Source: Eledone cirrhosa
Lineage: Eukaryota
Length of the DNA: 64,000 nt
Direction: 5' to 3'
NCBI GenBank assembly: GCA_964016885.1
Contig: OZ024743.1
Coordinates: 313,534,001 to 313,598,000, forward strand
In this document: in pieces, positions 25,226-38,831 of the stretch
Layout: every line of letters begins with the position of its first letter
Numbering within the stretch: position 1 is the stretch's first letter
Made by a program: the position numbers and the translations under genes
The notes under the pieces: generated by a model
Database searches by the model: none
Told to the model about the DNA's origin: nothing
The model's input: only the letters and a program-made list of their open reading frames with translations

Positions 25226-27374
25226 CTAATACTATTCAGTGACTAGAAAAAATATATTTACAATTTTGATTCTATTGTACCAACCGTTTAAACCTCCAGC
25301 AAAATTCGATGTTACATCTCCCATAAAATTTAAGTTATCAGCACAGTTTCAGTGTCAAGATCGCTTTTAAATTCTTAAATAAATTTGTGGATCATGTCAT
25401 ATTTCTTGGGGAATTTCTATAGGAGCTGGCATGGCTGTGTGATTATTATGTTTGTTTCGTAACCACATATTTCTGGGTTCAGTCATACTGTCTGGTAGCT
25501 TGTTCAAGCCTCTGGTTGATAAATGTCCTCAGAGGGAAATTTGTTAAACGGAAACTGTACAAGAATGCTGCATAGAATTCTTAGATTCGATAGACAAATA
25601 TTTTCCTCTCCAACAGAGGTATTGCAAAATATTAAGTAGTCATTACGGAAAGATCAGTTATTCTTGCGCTCCCTCCGTCAGATCGATAATAACTGCAGGA
25701 AATAAACCCCCCAAAACAGGATGCTCTTACATTATAACGAATGAACGCCTTCTGCAGCAGAATTGTAATATCAAGTCCATAATATATTATGCCGAAGTTA
25801 CTCTTGTTAATACCAAACAAGCACTGAGCAGTAACATGTATGGAATTATGGCATAGTACCTTGTTGATGCTATCTTTCGGTCGCAGCTCTAGGCAGAAGC
25901 GTCACCTATATTCCGATTAAAGGGTGTGCAGTATTTAAATACACAGAGCCCGAACATATAGCACAATAGTTTCTGCACGGGAGTACAATACCAAAAATGA
26001 TTAAAAGCAAAGTTGTCAGCAACGATCGGAATCCAGAGAACGCAGGAGACTTGAAGAAATATCGTGAGGCATTTAGTCAAACGCACTCACACCGTTGCCA
26101 ATTCTCGTAAGATAAAAAAATAAAAATAGCCATAAAACAAAATTGAAAAAAATAAAAAAATAAACACTCATTATTTTTCATCTATATCTCACCCCTGCCT
26201 GGAAGTAAGTGCGTTCGGTTATTATCGACCGGGAAAATTGTGTTGACTTAAACGTCAGACTGTCATATGAAGCTGACGTCACAATCCACATGACAGATAA
26301 TCTACAGATTATTTCCAACATTTCACCACATCCAGCAAAGCTCACTCATTCCCTTGTTTCATTCATATGTATTTCCTGAGTGAGATTAAAAAAAACAAGT
26401 ATAATTTTGCTGTCAGTCAAAACAACATAGTTGTATCTTTAGCTACCATTTAAACGCTGTAGCCAGGAATGTTAAAAGCAGAATGTGTGTGGAAATGTTT
26501 CTTTTCACCAAAATATATGTTTTACGGTAATATATGTTTTTCGTTCTGTGTCTCTGTTTTTCACGAATACCTTTATTTCCCATACCAAATTGCTTGTTTT
26601 CTTTCAGCTAATCTTTTTAAAGCAAACGTAGTTTTATTTCAGCTTTCAATTACATTCAACCAATGGGAATAACGTGAAATACTTCCCTCATTATAAAATT
26701 ATATATTTTTTGTAAGTGTTATTATCGTGTGATTTCCCATGAGCCATATTTTTCTGTGTTGCCATAGTAATTGAATAAATAACATGGCTACTCAGAAGCA
26801 GAGTGTTAAATAAGGATATTAAAACGCTGTTCATGTTAGTTTGGTCCCTTTACACTGCCATTGAGAAACAGTCTTTATTATTCGATTTACCTATGAGACT
26901 AGCAATTGCCGATTTTCTGTTTTAGTTGTTTTCTTTCATTATTGATAGTCATTTACGTCCTGTTTTCGAATCTCGTCCTGGTCAACTAGTCGACAAATAT
27001 CAATCTAGTAATGGGGGTCCATTCTTGATCTATATATCTGTCTCAAGCCCCCACCTCTCTCTCCCAGAAACGAAATCAGCTACGCTCTGACCTGGACTGA
27101 AATCCGTGTCTCACCAGGTTCAAATAGCAACGATGGTATCCATGTGACTTCTTCAAGGGTTAAGAGCCTGCAGATAGATGGAAGATCAAACCATGTAACT
27201 ACTAATTATTTATTTATTAATTTCAAGAACGTCAGTATTCCGCGTGTCATAATTTTCGATTATCATTGGTTCATAGGTTTCAAACGACTCCGTCCACCTC
27301 AACGACGCCAAACTGAAATTAATATGCATAATGCCAATGAGGGAGTGAGAGGAGAGAGTGTGAACGCTGTATCC

Positions 27375-28060
27375 AATAACTATTAACTTGTGTGCGTGTG
27401 TATGTACGTGCGCGTATGTTTATGTGTGTGTGCGTACGTGCAGCGTTCCATAGAAAGTAAAAACTATCAATATGTGTGAGTGTGTGCGTGTGTAAGTTTA
27501 CGTGCGTGTGCGCGTTTCCATGCGTGTATGTGTGTGGCGTTCCACAATCGCCACGCAGTTTATCTGTCTGTATGGCTACTGTCAGTCTAACAAACAAAGA
27601 GTTGTGAAGGGAGTAAATAGAGACCTTTCTTTACTTTGAGGGACATCTTTTATATTTATTATTGTGTCATTTTTTATACACTATGTATATGTGTCAGTGT
27701 AGAGACATGTGTGTGTGTGATGTGTGTGGAAATAAGAGGGGAAGGAAAGCAATAACTATTAACATGTGTGCGTGTGTATGTACGTGCGCGTATGTTTATG
27801 TGTGCGTGCGTGCGTGCAGCGTTTCACAGAAAGTAAAAACTATCAACATGTGTGAGTGTGTGCGTGTGTAAGTTTGCGTGCGTGTGCGCGTTTCCATGCG
27901 TGTATGTGTGTGGAGTTCCACAATCGCCACGCAATTTATCTGTCTGTGTGTCTGTCTGTATGTCAGTCTAACATACACAGAGTTGTGAAGGGAGTAAATA
28001 GGGACCTTTCTTTACATTGACAAACATCTTTTATATTTACTATTGTGTCATTTTTTGACA
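27375..28060. repeat. ~376-bp tandem duplication upstream of the Helitron gene
   Basis: aataactattaac.tgtgtgcgtgtgtatgtacg...attgtgtcattttt starts at ~27375 and again at 27751. Confidence 0.85.
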
Positions 28061-28061
28061 A

Positions 28062-31000
28062 TTGCTCGAAATGAATACTGATAATAAAAGCAATTCAACT
28101 TTATCAAACAGTGAACTCCAGCGGCGACGGCGGGCAGCCAGCAATGAAGAAAAACGGGCCGAACAGCGCCATCGGAACGCCGAACCTCAGAGGCGAAGAC
28201 GTGCGGCCATGAATGAAGAGTTTAAAATACTAAGTATGTGGGTGGTGAAGGAGACCGAGGTAGATTACTGCGCAAATATTCGCGGCAAATTAACAATTCA
28301 TTAGCTTTAGCATCGCAGAGAGTTAGTGAGATGTTTGAGAGTGGAGCATGGCAACCGAATGTAGTCATTCAAGGCCGTTTGTATCATTGTATCGGTAATT
28401 TAGAAGTTGCCCCAGGAGAGAGGCCTCGATTCGCTCAAATTTACGTTAACGATCCAGATTATAGTGAATTGGAGGAGGATATCAGGATCGGTTGGATGAA
28501 GTTTCCGGGAAATATAACTGAATTGGAACGGCAAAGGTTAAGTGATTTGATCCGTTATTTACAATCATGGCTTAGACAGTGTAATCCTTATGTTATGGAT
28601 TTCATGTTGGTGGCTGAACTGCAAAATGTTCAGCAGCAAACATTGGTGATTAAGGCTGACGCCGTGCCAAGGAATCAACACGGACGGCGATAAAATGTCC
28701 CTGAAGGATTTCGTGAAGTTGCTGTGTTGATGGACGATAAGCCTGGGTCGAGAGATATCGTCCCCAATCGCAGAGATGGTGGTCTCAAGACTATCAATGA
28801 GTCAAATAGGGCATACGATCAATTGCATTATGTTCTTTTATTCCCAAAAGGTGAAAATGGATGGAACCTGTCTGTTCATTTAGATGATCATGAGAATCAA
28901 CATCAACAGGAAGGTGGCAATAGACACAATAATTCGATTCGCGACTTTTACGCGTTCCATTTGAACGAGAGGAATCAACAGAGAAATGCGCTATTTCAAG
29001 CCAGCAGATTGTTCCAGGAATACTGTTGTATGGCATTCGCAAAGATCGAAAATCAAAGGCTAAATTATATAGCTACACACCAGCAACATATCAAAGCTGA
29101 ATTGTATAATAATATACAGGATGCAATTACAAGCAAATTGGTCGACGCATTATTTTGCCATTGTCGTTCATCGGCGGCCCGAGATACAAGAACATTCGCT
29201 ATCAGGATGCAATGGCTATTGTCAGAAAATTTGGAAAGCCAGATGTGTTTATAACGGTTACATGCAACCATGAATGGACTGATATTAAAGATGCACTTTT
29301 GCCAGGACAACAGCCAACGGACCGTCCTGATATTGTGGCAAGAGTATTCAAAGGATATCTGAAAAAGATAATGGATGATGTGGAAAAAAAAGGAATCTTT
29401 GGAGGTATAGTTGCTTTTACATACGTAATTGAATTCCAAAAAAGAGGATTGCAACATGCACTTTGCTGATCATTTTACATAGAGATTGCAAATTGAGATG
29501 TGCTGAGGATGTCGACAGCATTGTGTGTGCTGAACTGCCGGAGAATGAGGCACTACGCAAATTGGTGGCAAAGTCAATGGTGCACAACCAATGCGGAGTG
29601 GCAAATCGGAAAGCGCCTTGCATGAAAAATGGCCAATGCAGTAAGCACTTTCCGAAATCTTTTGTCACGAACACTTCCTGGCACGATGGGGATGCTCATC
29701 CCTCATACAGAAGACGGTCGCATGCAGATGGCGGTTTGGTCGAAAATGTAAACGGTCGACAGGTTACAAATCAATTGGTTGTGCCATACAATCCATATTT
29801 GATTATGAAATATCGTTGTCATATTAATGTGGAAATTTGTAGCCCAGTCAAAGCTTGCAAATATCTATTCAAATATGTTTACAAAGGTCATGATCGGACA
29901 ATGATCAATGTCAGGAATGAGGAAGCGAACCAAGGAGATGGAGTTGGCAGGTTCCAGGATGTTCGCTCGATTGGATCTAGCGAAGCTTGCTGGAGATTGT
30001 TCGATTTTGATCTCAATGAACGCAAACTCAGCGTTCAGAAACTGACGGTTCACTGAAAGAATAGTCAAATGGTCTGTTTTCAGGACACTAGAAGAGGTGT
30101 CGAAAGAATTGCTAACGCACCACCTCCTAAGACGGAATTGACTAAGTAGTTCAGGCATAATAGGGAACATGCTTTGAACCCGGATCAAAGGCAACTCTAC
30201 TGCGATTTCCCTTCGCACTATACGTGGGATAAGCAGGGAAAGAAATGGAATTATAGAAAACAAATATTGAGATTCATGACTAATGGACGGGTTTGTAATG
30301 CCCATCCAGCACCTGGTGATGTGTTTTATCTCCGAATTCTGTTGCATAATGATTTTCGAGAGGTAAACAGAGCTTCGCTGATTTGAAAACAATCAATGGC
30401 GGGGAATATGAAATATACCAGGCTGTGTGTCAGCATCTGCGACTCCTTCAGGATGACGCTGAATGGAATAACGTCATGGAAGCTGCAGAAACAACACAGA
30501 TGCCAGCTCAAATGAGGCAGTTGTTTGTCACGATTCTAGGATTCTGCAATCCTGCCGATCCAAGAGAGTTATTTGAACGCCATTGGAGAATTATGGCTGA
30601 TGATTTTAGGCATAATCTTCAGGTCGATGATGAAAATTTGATGAAAGCTATTGTTTTGCTCAATATTGAGCAACTGCTTGAAGTTCATTTCAAATGTTTA
30701 AGAGATTTCAATTTGCCAATTCCTGATGAAGAAATGCGACAACGTGTCTTAGCATTGAACATGAGATTGCAGCTTAGACGGTTGCCTCTCGATCGAAGGG
30801 AACTATTCCAGTTTGATCCACTGGAACGGCAACGTATTGTGGATGAACGTATGGCAATGTTGACCCAATCTCAGAGAGAATTTTGTCGATGGCGTTCTCC
30901 ACTCGATTTCCACTAATGAGCAACTTTGTGCTTTCATAGATGCTCCAGGAGGCACCGGAAAGACATTCTGTTTCAACACTATGTTATCGGCAGTCAGAGC

Positions 31001-32238
31001 ATAGAGGAAGATTGCTCTCCCTTTGGCCACCAGTGGGGTCGTTGCCACTTTGCTGAATGGTGGAAGCACCTTCCACTCATGTTTCAAGGCTCCATTGGCT
31101 CCGGATGAGTTGAGTGTCTGTAACATTACAGGACAAAGTGAACTCGCGGGCCTTATACGCAATACGTCTCTGATTATTTAGGAAGAGGCTCCAATGGCAC
31201 ACAGATATTTGCTGGAGGCATTGGACAGAACTTTGAGAGATATCTGCGGTGGTGACCTGCCATTCGGTGGTAAGACTATCGTTCTTGGTGGCGATTTCAG
31301 ACAGGTGCTACCAATTGTAAGGAATGCTCAAAGAGCGCAAATTGTCGATGCATGTCTGAAAAAGTCCCCGTTGTGGCGCCATTTCAGAGTTTTGCGATTA
31401 CACAATAATATGCGACTTCGTATGTTCGGGCAAAACGTAGAGGCTGAGACATACGGCCGATGGTTGATGCAGTTGGGAAACGATGAATTGCCACACGTTG
31501 GTGATAATCAGACTGTAAGAATCCCAGACCATTTGGTCATGCCACTGGACCGCCAAGCATTGATTGACTGGGTGTTCCCTAATTTGAATGCTTTTTGGCA
31601 GAATATCTCCTGGATATGGGAACGCGTTATTCTAACTCATACGAATGCAACGGTCGATGAAATAAATTCACAAGTAGCCGGAATGTTTCCTGGAGAGGAA
31701 TGGTTGACCGTCAGTGCAGATGCAATGGAGCATAATCAGCAGAACAATATGGATGTTCCGACTGAGTATCTGAATTCACTTCAAATACCCGGATTTCCCC
31801 CCACATATTTTGAGGTAGAAAAATGGTATGCCGATTATATTGCTTAGAAATATCAATCATAAAATGGGTCATTGCAATGGTACCAGATTGATTGTTGAGA
31901 GATTGATTAACGGAAGAGTTTTAGAAGCTGAACTCCCAGGCAGAGAGGAATCGGTTCTCATTCCGAGGATCATGCTGAGACCAAGTGAAGATCTGCTGCC
32001 ATTCACTTGGCAAAGTAGACAGTTTCCCGTCAATTTGGCCTTCTCCATGACTGTCAACAAGGCACAGGGACCGACTTTCAAGCGAGTCGGTGTCTACCTG
32101 AATGATCCAGAATTCAGCCATGGGCAACTGTATGTTGTTGCATCTCCAGTGTGCGATCCTGATGGTATAACATTTGCAATTGATACCACTAACAGAGGAA
32201 CAACCCTGAATATTGTCTATAATGAAACTTTGTGCTGA
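28062..32238 (+). pseudogene. Helitron Rep/PIF1 helicase transposase, multiple frameshifts and stops
   Basis: Rep motifs GKPDVFITVTCN, YVIEFQKRGLQHA (HUH) and KYLFKYVYKG (Y2). Helicase motifs DAPGGTGKTF, GGDFRQVLP, QFPVNLAFSMTVNKAQG, FSHGQLYV. Confidence 0.95.
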
Positions 32239-32997
32239 TGTATGCATATCTTTAATGCTATCAATAAGCAATGTAAATGATTCGGACATTGGTGTCCTTT
32301 GATCAGTATTGTGAGCTTTGACAGAGTTATCATTTATGTTCAATGTCATTTAATGTCGTTATGAGCAATAAAAACAAACAAGTATTGGTAAAAATTGCTT
32401 TCACTGCTATGTTGCGCAATAAATACCAACAATTATTGGTAGAAATTGCCTTCACTGCTATGAATATTCGACGTAAATGATTCAGACATTGGTGTCCTTT
32501 GATCAGTATTGTGAGCTTTGACAGAGTTATCATTTCTGTTCAATGTCATTTATTGTCGATAATGAGCAATAAAAACCAACAAGTATTGGTAGAAATTGCC
32601 TTTAAATGTATCGCTTCTGATAGCGGTGGTAATAAAACCGCATCTTATGCTGAGTCTGGCAAAAAGTTTGGTGCCTATGGCCGGCCAGGGCTAGAGTAAT
32701 ATTGAAAAACGATTCTATTCTCGAAGTAGAAGGATCCGCCATTTGGAGTTCAAACCAGGCCACCTCCCCGAGTTGAACTCTGGGCAATATTGACTGTCTA
32801 TTACTCAGTGGCTAAGAGCCTGGAAATTACTGAATAAATGTTTGTGTCATATAATTTGTTGTTTTATTATTATAGCTGACCACTTATAGATAAGCATGTT
32901 ATCCATATCCATATTAATTTGGCATTTGTATAAACCATTTCAAGTAAATAGAGACCTTTTTTACATTGATGGATATCTTTTATATTAAATACCTATA

Positions 32998-33348
32998 TCT
33001 ATATCTACATATAATATAAAAGATTGGAACTTCCATCATCCTTTTGAGAAACGTGGAACAACCACGTCTATCCAATGATACACGTTTTACAGTCAGGCAG
33101 AAGATGAACCATCTCCTAGAGGTCACTATTCTAGGTGGGAGCACCTAGATTGTTCATATACTATGCACAAACGGTACCAACGAAGAATCTGGTATATCTG
33201 GAAGATCTTTTTACTGTTTTTGGTATCACACAGACACCACGGACTCGCCTCATACTGTAACCAGACAAACATTCAATACAGTCATTTTCTCTTTTACTGT
33301 CTTCTCTTATCATCTATTTACGCGGGCGAAGCTGGGTACGTCATCTAG
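32998..33348 (+). mobile_element. Non-autonomous Helitron
   Basis: Starts a|TCtatatctacatataatataaaag; ends gcgggcgaagctgggtacgtcatCTAG|t. Confidence 0.65.
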
Positions 33349-33409
33349 TGTTTATAATTTGTTTTAATTGTTTATTTTGTGTTTGAATCCTATCGAGGCA
33401 AATGTTTAT

Positions 33410-33615
33410 CCATTCGGTGGATTGGCAGAATCGTTATAGTGTCGGTTAAAAATGTTTGTGGTATTTATTTATGAGTTCAAATCCAGCGAAAATTGTTTTT
33501 GCCTTTCATCCTTCCGGTGCCAATAAAATAAAGTATCAGTGAAGTACTGAGATCGATATAATTGATTTTCCTAGACGCCGAAATGTTTGGCCTTGTCTAT
33601 AAATTAGAAGCCATT
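33410..33615 (+). mobile_element. tRNA-derived SINE (OK-like)
   Basis: ggattggcagaatcgtta ... gagttcaaatcc ... gcctttcatcc ... ggccttgt. Confidence 0.75.
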
Positions 33616-34530
33616 ATGCATACACGGCATGGTAGTATCGGTAGAGCATTAGATCAAATAAGAATCCAGAGAATTTAGTTGAGTCACCTTTTCGTCGTTC
33701 TCTGTTACAATTCCGCTGCTGAGGTCGACATTGCTTTTAACCTGCCCAGTAGCCACTAAAATATTTAGAGCAACAACACCACGAAATATATAAGGAAAAT
33801 GAGGGCGAAATGTAGCTGGTTTATGAAAAATTGATAACAGTACACAGAGAATGCTGAAGATATTAACCGCTGGTAAGAAATATATCAGATATATACTCGA
33901 ACATTCAATAGCATTCCCACCCAGCCCCAATATCCAAAGTGCTCACAAGCCCATTTAATTCGGAGAAATCTTAATTCTAGGCGGTATTCTTACATTACGT
34001 AGTTGGTGATTTAGCACCTGTGAGTGTGTGGGGTGGGAGCCGTTTGATTAGCGTATGTGGTTTGGTTATTTTATAAGTAAATGTTTGCTTTTAGTTATGC
34101 GTATTTATATAATTACGTACCCAATGAGAATGATTAATAAAGCTGAGTTAGATGGATCTCTGTTCAATTCGTATGCAAGGAATACTTTCAAATCGAGTAG
34201 TTTACTGGGTCCTTAACGGAGTCGGTCGTTTGCTCGTTTACAGAGGATAGATTGCATTCAATGTGCAGTGACATCTTCTTGTTGGTTAGGCTTAATAACC
34301 ACCCAACAGACCTCTTGGTAACCAGACCTTCATTCCTTCACAAAATTACTAGCCCTATAGTCACTGACACAGGTTTGCAGCTACAATAAAATAAAAAAGA
34401 AAACGATCGGACCAAGGAAACAGTGGTTCTATTCGTCTTCCTATATGTATACTACCTTCAGACTGCAACACCTGCCAATAATATATAATACTGGAATTGT
34501 ATAATCAAGACCGTAGCAGTATGTCATATT

Positions 34531-34588
34531 TTATATGATGAAGACGTACTGAAAAAACAACACTGTACCTTTGAAATATATATAATAA
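34531..34588 (+). ncRNA. Degenerate type I hammerhead (C3 to A)
   Basis: ttat-ATGATGA-agacgtac..gtaccttt-GAAA-tatata-TA-ataa, abutting (TA)n. Confidence 0.55.
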
Positions 34589-34607
34589 TTTGTTAATATT
34601 TTGAATA

Positions 34608-34639
<32 letters not shown>

Positions 34640-34702
34640 ATGTATGTATATATATATATATATATATATACTTACATACATACACACACACACACACACA
34701 TA

Positions 34703-34782
<80 letters not shown>

Positions 34783-34977
34783 CATATATATATACATACA
34801 TACATATATATATATGTAATATTAAGGATACTATTTATGGTTATGTATATACTAAAACTTTTTATAGTTATATATATTTTAAACCTTAAACAGTGAAGGT
34901 CAGTAATTGATTACTACCTTATTGCCAGTAAGATAAATAGCTCAATGTAATAACATCAGTTGTTCTACAGAGCAGTT

Positions 34978-36352
34978 ATATAGAATTCACAAGAATCAAA
35001 GCTGTGTTCAAAGCATTTATTCACTTATAATTGTTTCATCCAAACCTAGGCTTGGGGACTTCGGAGCATTTTTCAATGTTTGTACACATGATTGACCTCC
35101 TTTCTAACGCAAGAGACGTACATATACATATGTATATATTGATGTACAGTGGAGTGACATATATTATATTATATTTCTGTATAGCAATTCAAATTCAAAA
35201 TCAAAATCACATTAAAACAAAATCAAAGCAAAATTAAAATACAATCAGCAGTTAACATAGATAATGCAAGAGGATAGTTTGTTAGTCAGATGTAGTAGTT
35301 ATTTTAGTTATTTTATGCGTTAGTTACACGTGGGGCATGCACGTGTGTCTCATTTATATATGATTATTGTGCGGCAGGCTGTTAGATGTAATAGAAGCAC
35401 TTAAAGCGGGTAAGTAAGAGTATTATGGAGGTTGTAGTGGTAAGGTATTTTTTGTATATGATACAGAAGTATGCGTGCAGAAAAATAGTATAAAGGAGAA
35501 GCAAAAGAAAATTATGGTTTTTGTATCCACAACTATTTTCACATTCAAGAAACGTAATATATAGTTTATACATCCTTCACATAATTAACGATGATTTCGC
35601 ATTGGATGCTTGATGTATTAATTAAATCATTTTAGCTTGCTGCGGCTCAGTGTTCTTTAATCCAATTTTATAGAGCAGGTTGTTACTGTTGCGAGAATTT
35701 ACATCGGTTTATTATCCGGAAGTATGTGTGTGATTAAGGGGAGTTAATGCGTAAGGGGAGGTAACTAGCTGATTTCTATAACTAAATTTATTATTCCAAC
35801 ATACAATATAAGGTGTCTCAATTGAGTCCCTTATACAGACGGTAATATATTCAGTTTCCAATTTCAAGTATCCTATTTTTAATTACAGTCTACTCTATCA
35901 TGAAGTACTAAAGGTATCTATATTAGGTGCTTCTATTACATGTAACACCCTGCCGCACAATAATCATATATAAATGAGACACATGTGCATGCTCCACGTG
36001 TAACTAACGCATAAAATAACTAAAATAACTACTACATCTGACTAACAAACTATCCTCTTGCATTATCTATGTTAACTGCCGATTGTATTTTAATTTTGCT
36101 TTGATTTTGTTTTAATGTGATTTTGATTTTGAATTTGAATTGCTATACAGAAATATAATATAGTATATGTCACTCCACTGTAAATCAATATATACATATG
36201 TATCTGTATGTCTCTTGCGTTGGAAAGGAGGTCAATCATGTGTACAAACATTGAAAAATGCTCCGAATTCCCCAAGCCTAGATTTGGATGAAACAATTGT
36301 AAGTGAATAAATGCTTTGAACACAGCTTTGATTCTTGTGAATTCTATATATA
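34978..36352 (-). mobile_element. 5'-truncated Penelope-like element with inverted pseudo-LTR (~400-bp arms)
   Basis: 34978-35377 is the reverse complement of 35950-36350. The spacer on the - strand has decayed GIY-YIG-like residues (..IKEH.., LE..I). Each arm has a hammerhead-like TTGAAAA..GAAA-caatt(g/a)-TA motif (35021-35080 -, 36247-36305 +). Confidence 0.7.
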
Positions 36353-36355
36353 TAT

Positions 36356-36428
<73 letters not shown>

Positions 36429-36479
36429 CATATATGTATGTATGTATGTATGTCTGTATGTATGTATGTATGTATATAC

Positions 36480-36817
36480 ATGGTGGCTGCCAACTCGTTT
36501 TCGAGTACGGCCACTACTTTATATCCATGTAGGAGAACCCCTACCGATGCGCTGAACGAGTGTGACTTTTTAGTCCAGCCAGCAACTTGAAAACTCTGGT
36601 ACAAACACTACACTTGTGACAATTATTGACACATAGTGCTGGGCCCATGGTACCATGTGACGACAAGTGCAGAGAGATCTCCAGATATAAAGCAATGCCT
36701 GTGCCGTGAAGCTTTTATAGTGAGCAAAGGCACTGCACAAAGCCAGTCCCACTCTCTTAACCAAGATGATATTTACCAAAAAGAAGACAAGTCAACATCA
36801 TTGTTACCAGTAGCACC
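36480..36817 (-). mobile_element. RTE-derived non-autonomous element, internally deleted
   Basis: Near-identical to 60735-61330 but lacking ~255 bp; (ATGT)n tail at the 3' end on the - strand. Confidence 0.75.
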
Positions 36818-37729
36818 AACTGGTGACCTGATATATATACATACATACATACATACATACATACATACATACACACATATATATGTGTGTGTCTGAGTGT
36901 GTGCGTGTGCGTGTGTATGTTTAGCTGTGTGTGTGTCTGTGTCCGTGTATGTGTGTTAGTTGTGGGGGATGCCTTTGGAAAACTTCATTCGTTTAAATGG
37001 TATTCCACGAAAATATCAAACTAAAATATATATTCTATACTATTTTTATTGAAACGATTCTCCCTTACATGTGTAGTAAGAAAGATCCAAGCACACACAC
37101 ACTATATAATATGTGTTCAAGGACACACGGCTATTAGATATACATTGAATATTTTGTATATATAGATAGATAAAGACCTTGTTATAATATCATAAATAAT
37201 AGATAACACTTCTTTTGAAGTATTGTCCACGTATTTATTTATAAATATAATGAAAGGGGGGTCAGGAAAGCAGAAATATAATTAGTAAAGCTATATTTGA
37301 GAACAATTACGCGAAAATCAGAGACATCTGAATATGTTTGGACGATTCACTAAATGAAATAAATTTCTGTTATTGTACGTGTCTGAAAATATTTTGCATT
37401 TATTTTACGTGTCTCAGACGAAGCTTCTGTCTGAATAACGATACAATTTTCGCAAGCAGTTCATGACATTTCCATGAAAACAATAAGTTCAAATACAATT
37501 TGGTAACTTCCACTTTCAATATAGTTTATTTGGAACCCAGTATGAACTTCGTTAGGAATATAAAAAGAAATGGAATAGCGACAGTGATATCAAATGAATT
37601 GCTCTATAGAACAATGTGTATCGTCGTTAACTCTGAAATGTCCGTAAGTGCTTTGAAATATTTTCAAAGGGATTTCTTTCTTTCATATTAGCAGCTATTT
37701 TTTTCTTTTGGTTTGTTTTCAATCCATAG

Positions 37730-38210
37730 GCGTAGAGGTGGGTAGTTTAGTGGTAAGAGTAGAGTTTTGGGTTCACAATCATAAGGCCGTAGATTCGATT
37801 CAGAGACCAAGTGGTGGAAAGTTTTGTCCTTGAACAAGGCACTTTATTTGGTGTTGGTCCAGTTAATACAGCTAAAAATAAGTACAATCGTTGGATGGGG
37901 ATTAGGCCTGCGACTACTTGGACATTGGATCGCTTAACGCCCAGGAAATCAGGATAAACTGCAGGAGGGAACGTGCCCCAGTGGTTAGAGTGTTGGGCTC
38001 CCGAGAAATTTGTGGATTCAGTTCACAGATCAGTTGACATCTTGTGTCCTTGAGGAAAGCACTACATTTAACCTTTCTCCAGTTCACTAATCATAAAATA
38101 AGTACTAGTTGCAGCTTGGAACTAGCCCTTATAAGGACTGGTGTCTCATCCAATACCGAGTCTTGTATTTTCAGTTGCATAACACCCATGAAACCGGGAT
38201 AAGCTCCATG
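37730..38210 (+). mobile_element. Two tandem tRNA/CORE-like SINEs
   Basis: tagtggtaagagt / cagtggttagagt A boxes, B-box-like motifs, and the tgtccttga.caaggcact CORE-like motif twice. Confidence 0.65.
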
Positions 38211-38831
38211 AATTTTGAAGTCAGAGAGCAGACAGCCGGCCTGGTTCACACGCGTTGTTCTCGCCAACGTTGTAATAATTCGCCATCATACACATCAGAC
38301 ATATGCTCGTATCTTGACTACCTTACGGGTATATTATTGGAATTTCAAAGAATATAATGTATTTTATTTTAATATAAAAGTCAATAATTTTAAAAGGAAA
38401 ACATCTTTAAAATGTTTTTGCTTTCAGTTTATTAAATATTTAAGTCAATTATTTGTTTAGTTTGATTTACTATCCAAGAAAAACTCAAATACAAATAATG
38501 GCGAGGAATATTTAAATATTTTGTTATATCCGATTTTTATAGAACACATATATCAACTATAATATCTATATATATATTATAGTTGATATAAGTGCTCTCT
38601 CTCTCTCTCTCTCTCTCTTTCTATATCTATCCATCTATCTATCTATCTATCTATCTTGATAGAGTAAGACACGCTTCACATCGGCTCCGCTATTCCATCG
38701 GGATTTACCCTTACTATTGTAAGTACAGGATAAATTTTTCAGTGCAACACATTTGGAACACTAACCCCTGTTATTTAGGGAAACATTTTTGCATTTACCC
38801 CCTTTTTAGGGGGTAAAATAAATATCTAATT

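Larger units (their letters stand above)
27029..32694 (+). mobile_element. Autonomous-type Helitron (decayed); 5' boundary uncertain
   Basis: RepHel pseudogene; 3' GC hairpin gcctatggcc/ggccagggc ending in CTAG at 32691-32694. Candidate 5' a|TCtatata at 27029 is a guess. Confidence 0.7.

Noticed and set aside
24638-25229. Poly-L/V/S/T ORFs
   Set aside because: Artefacts of the (TAG)/(CAG) trinucleotide repeat.
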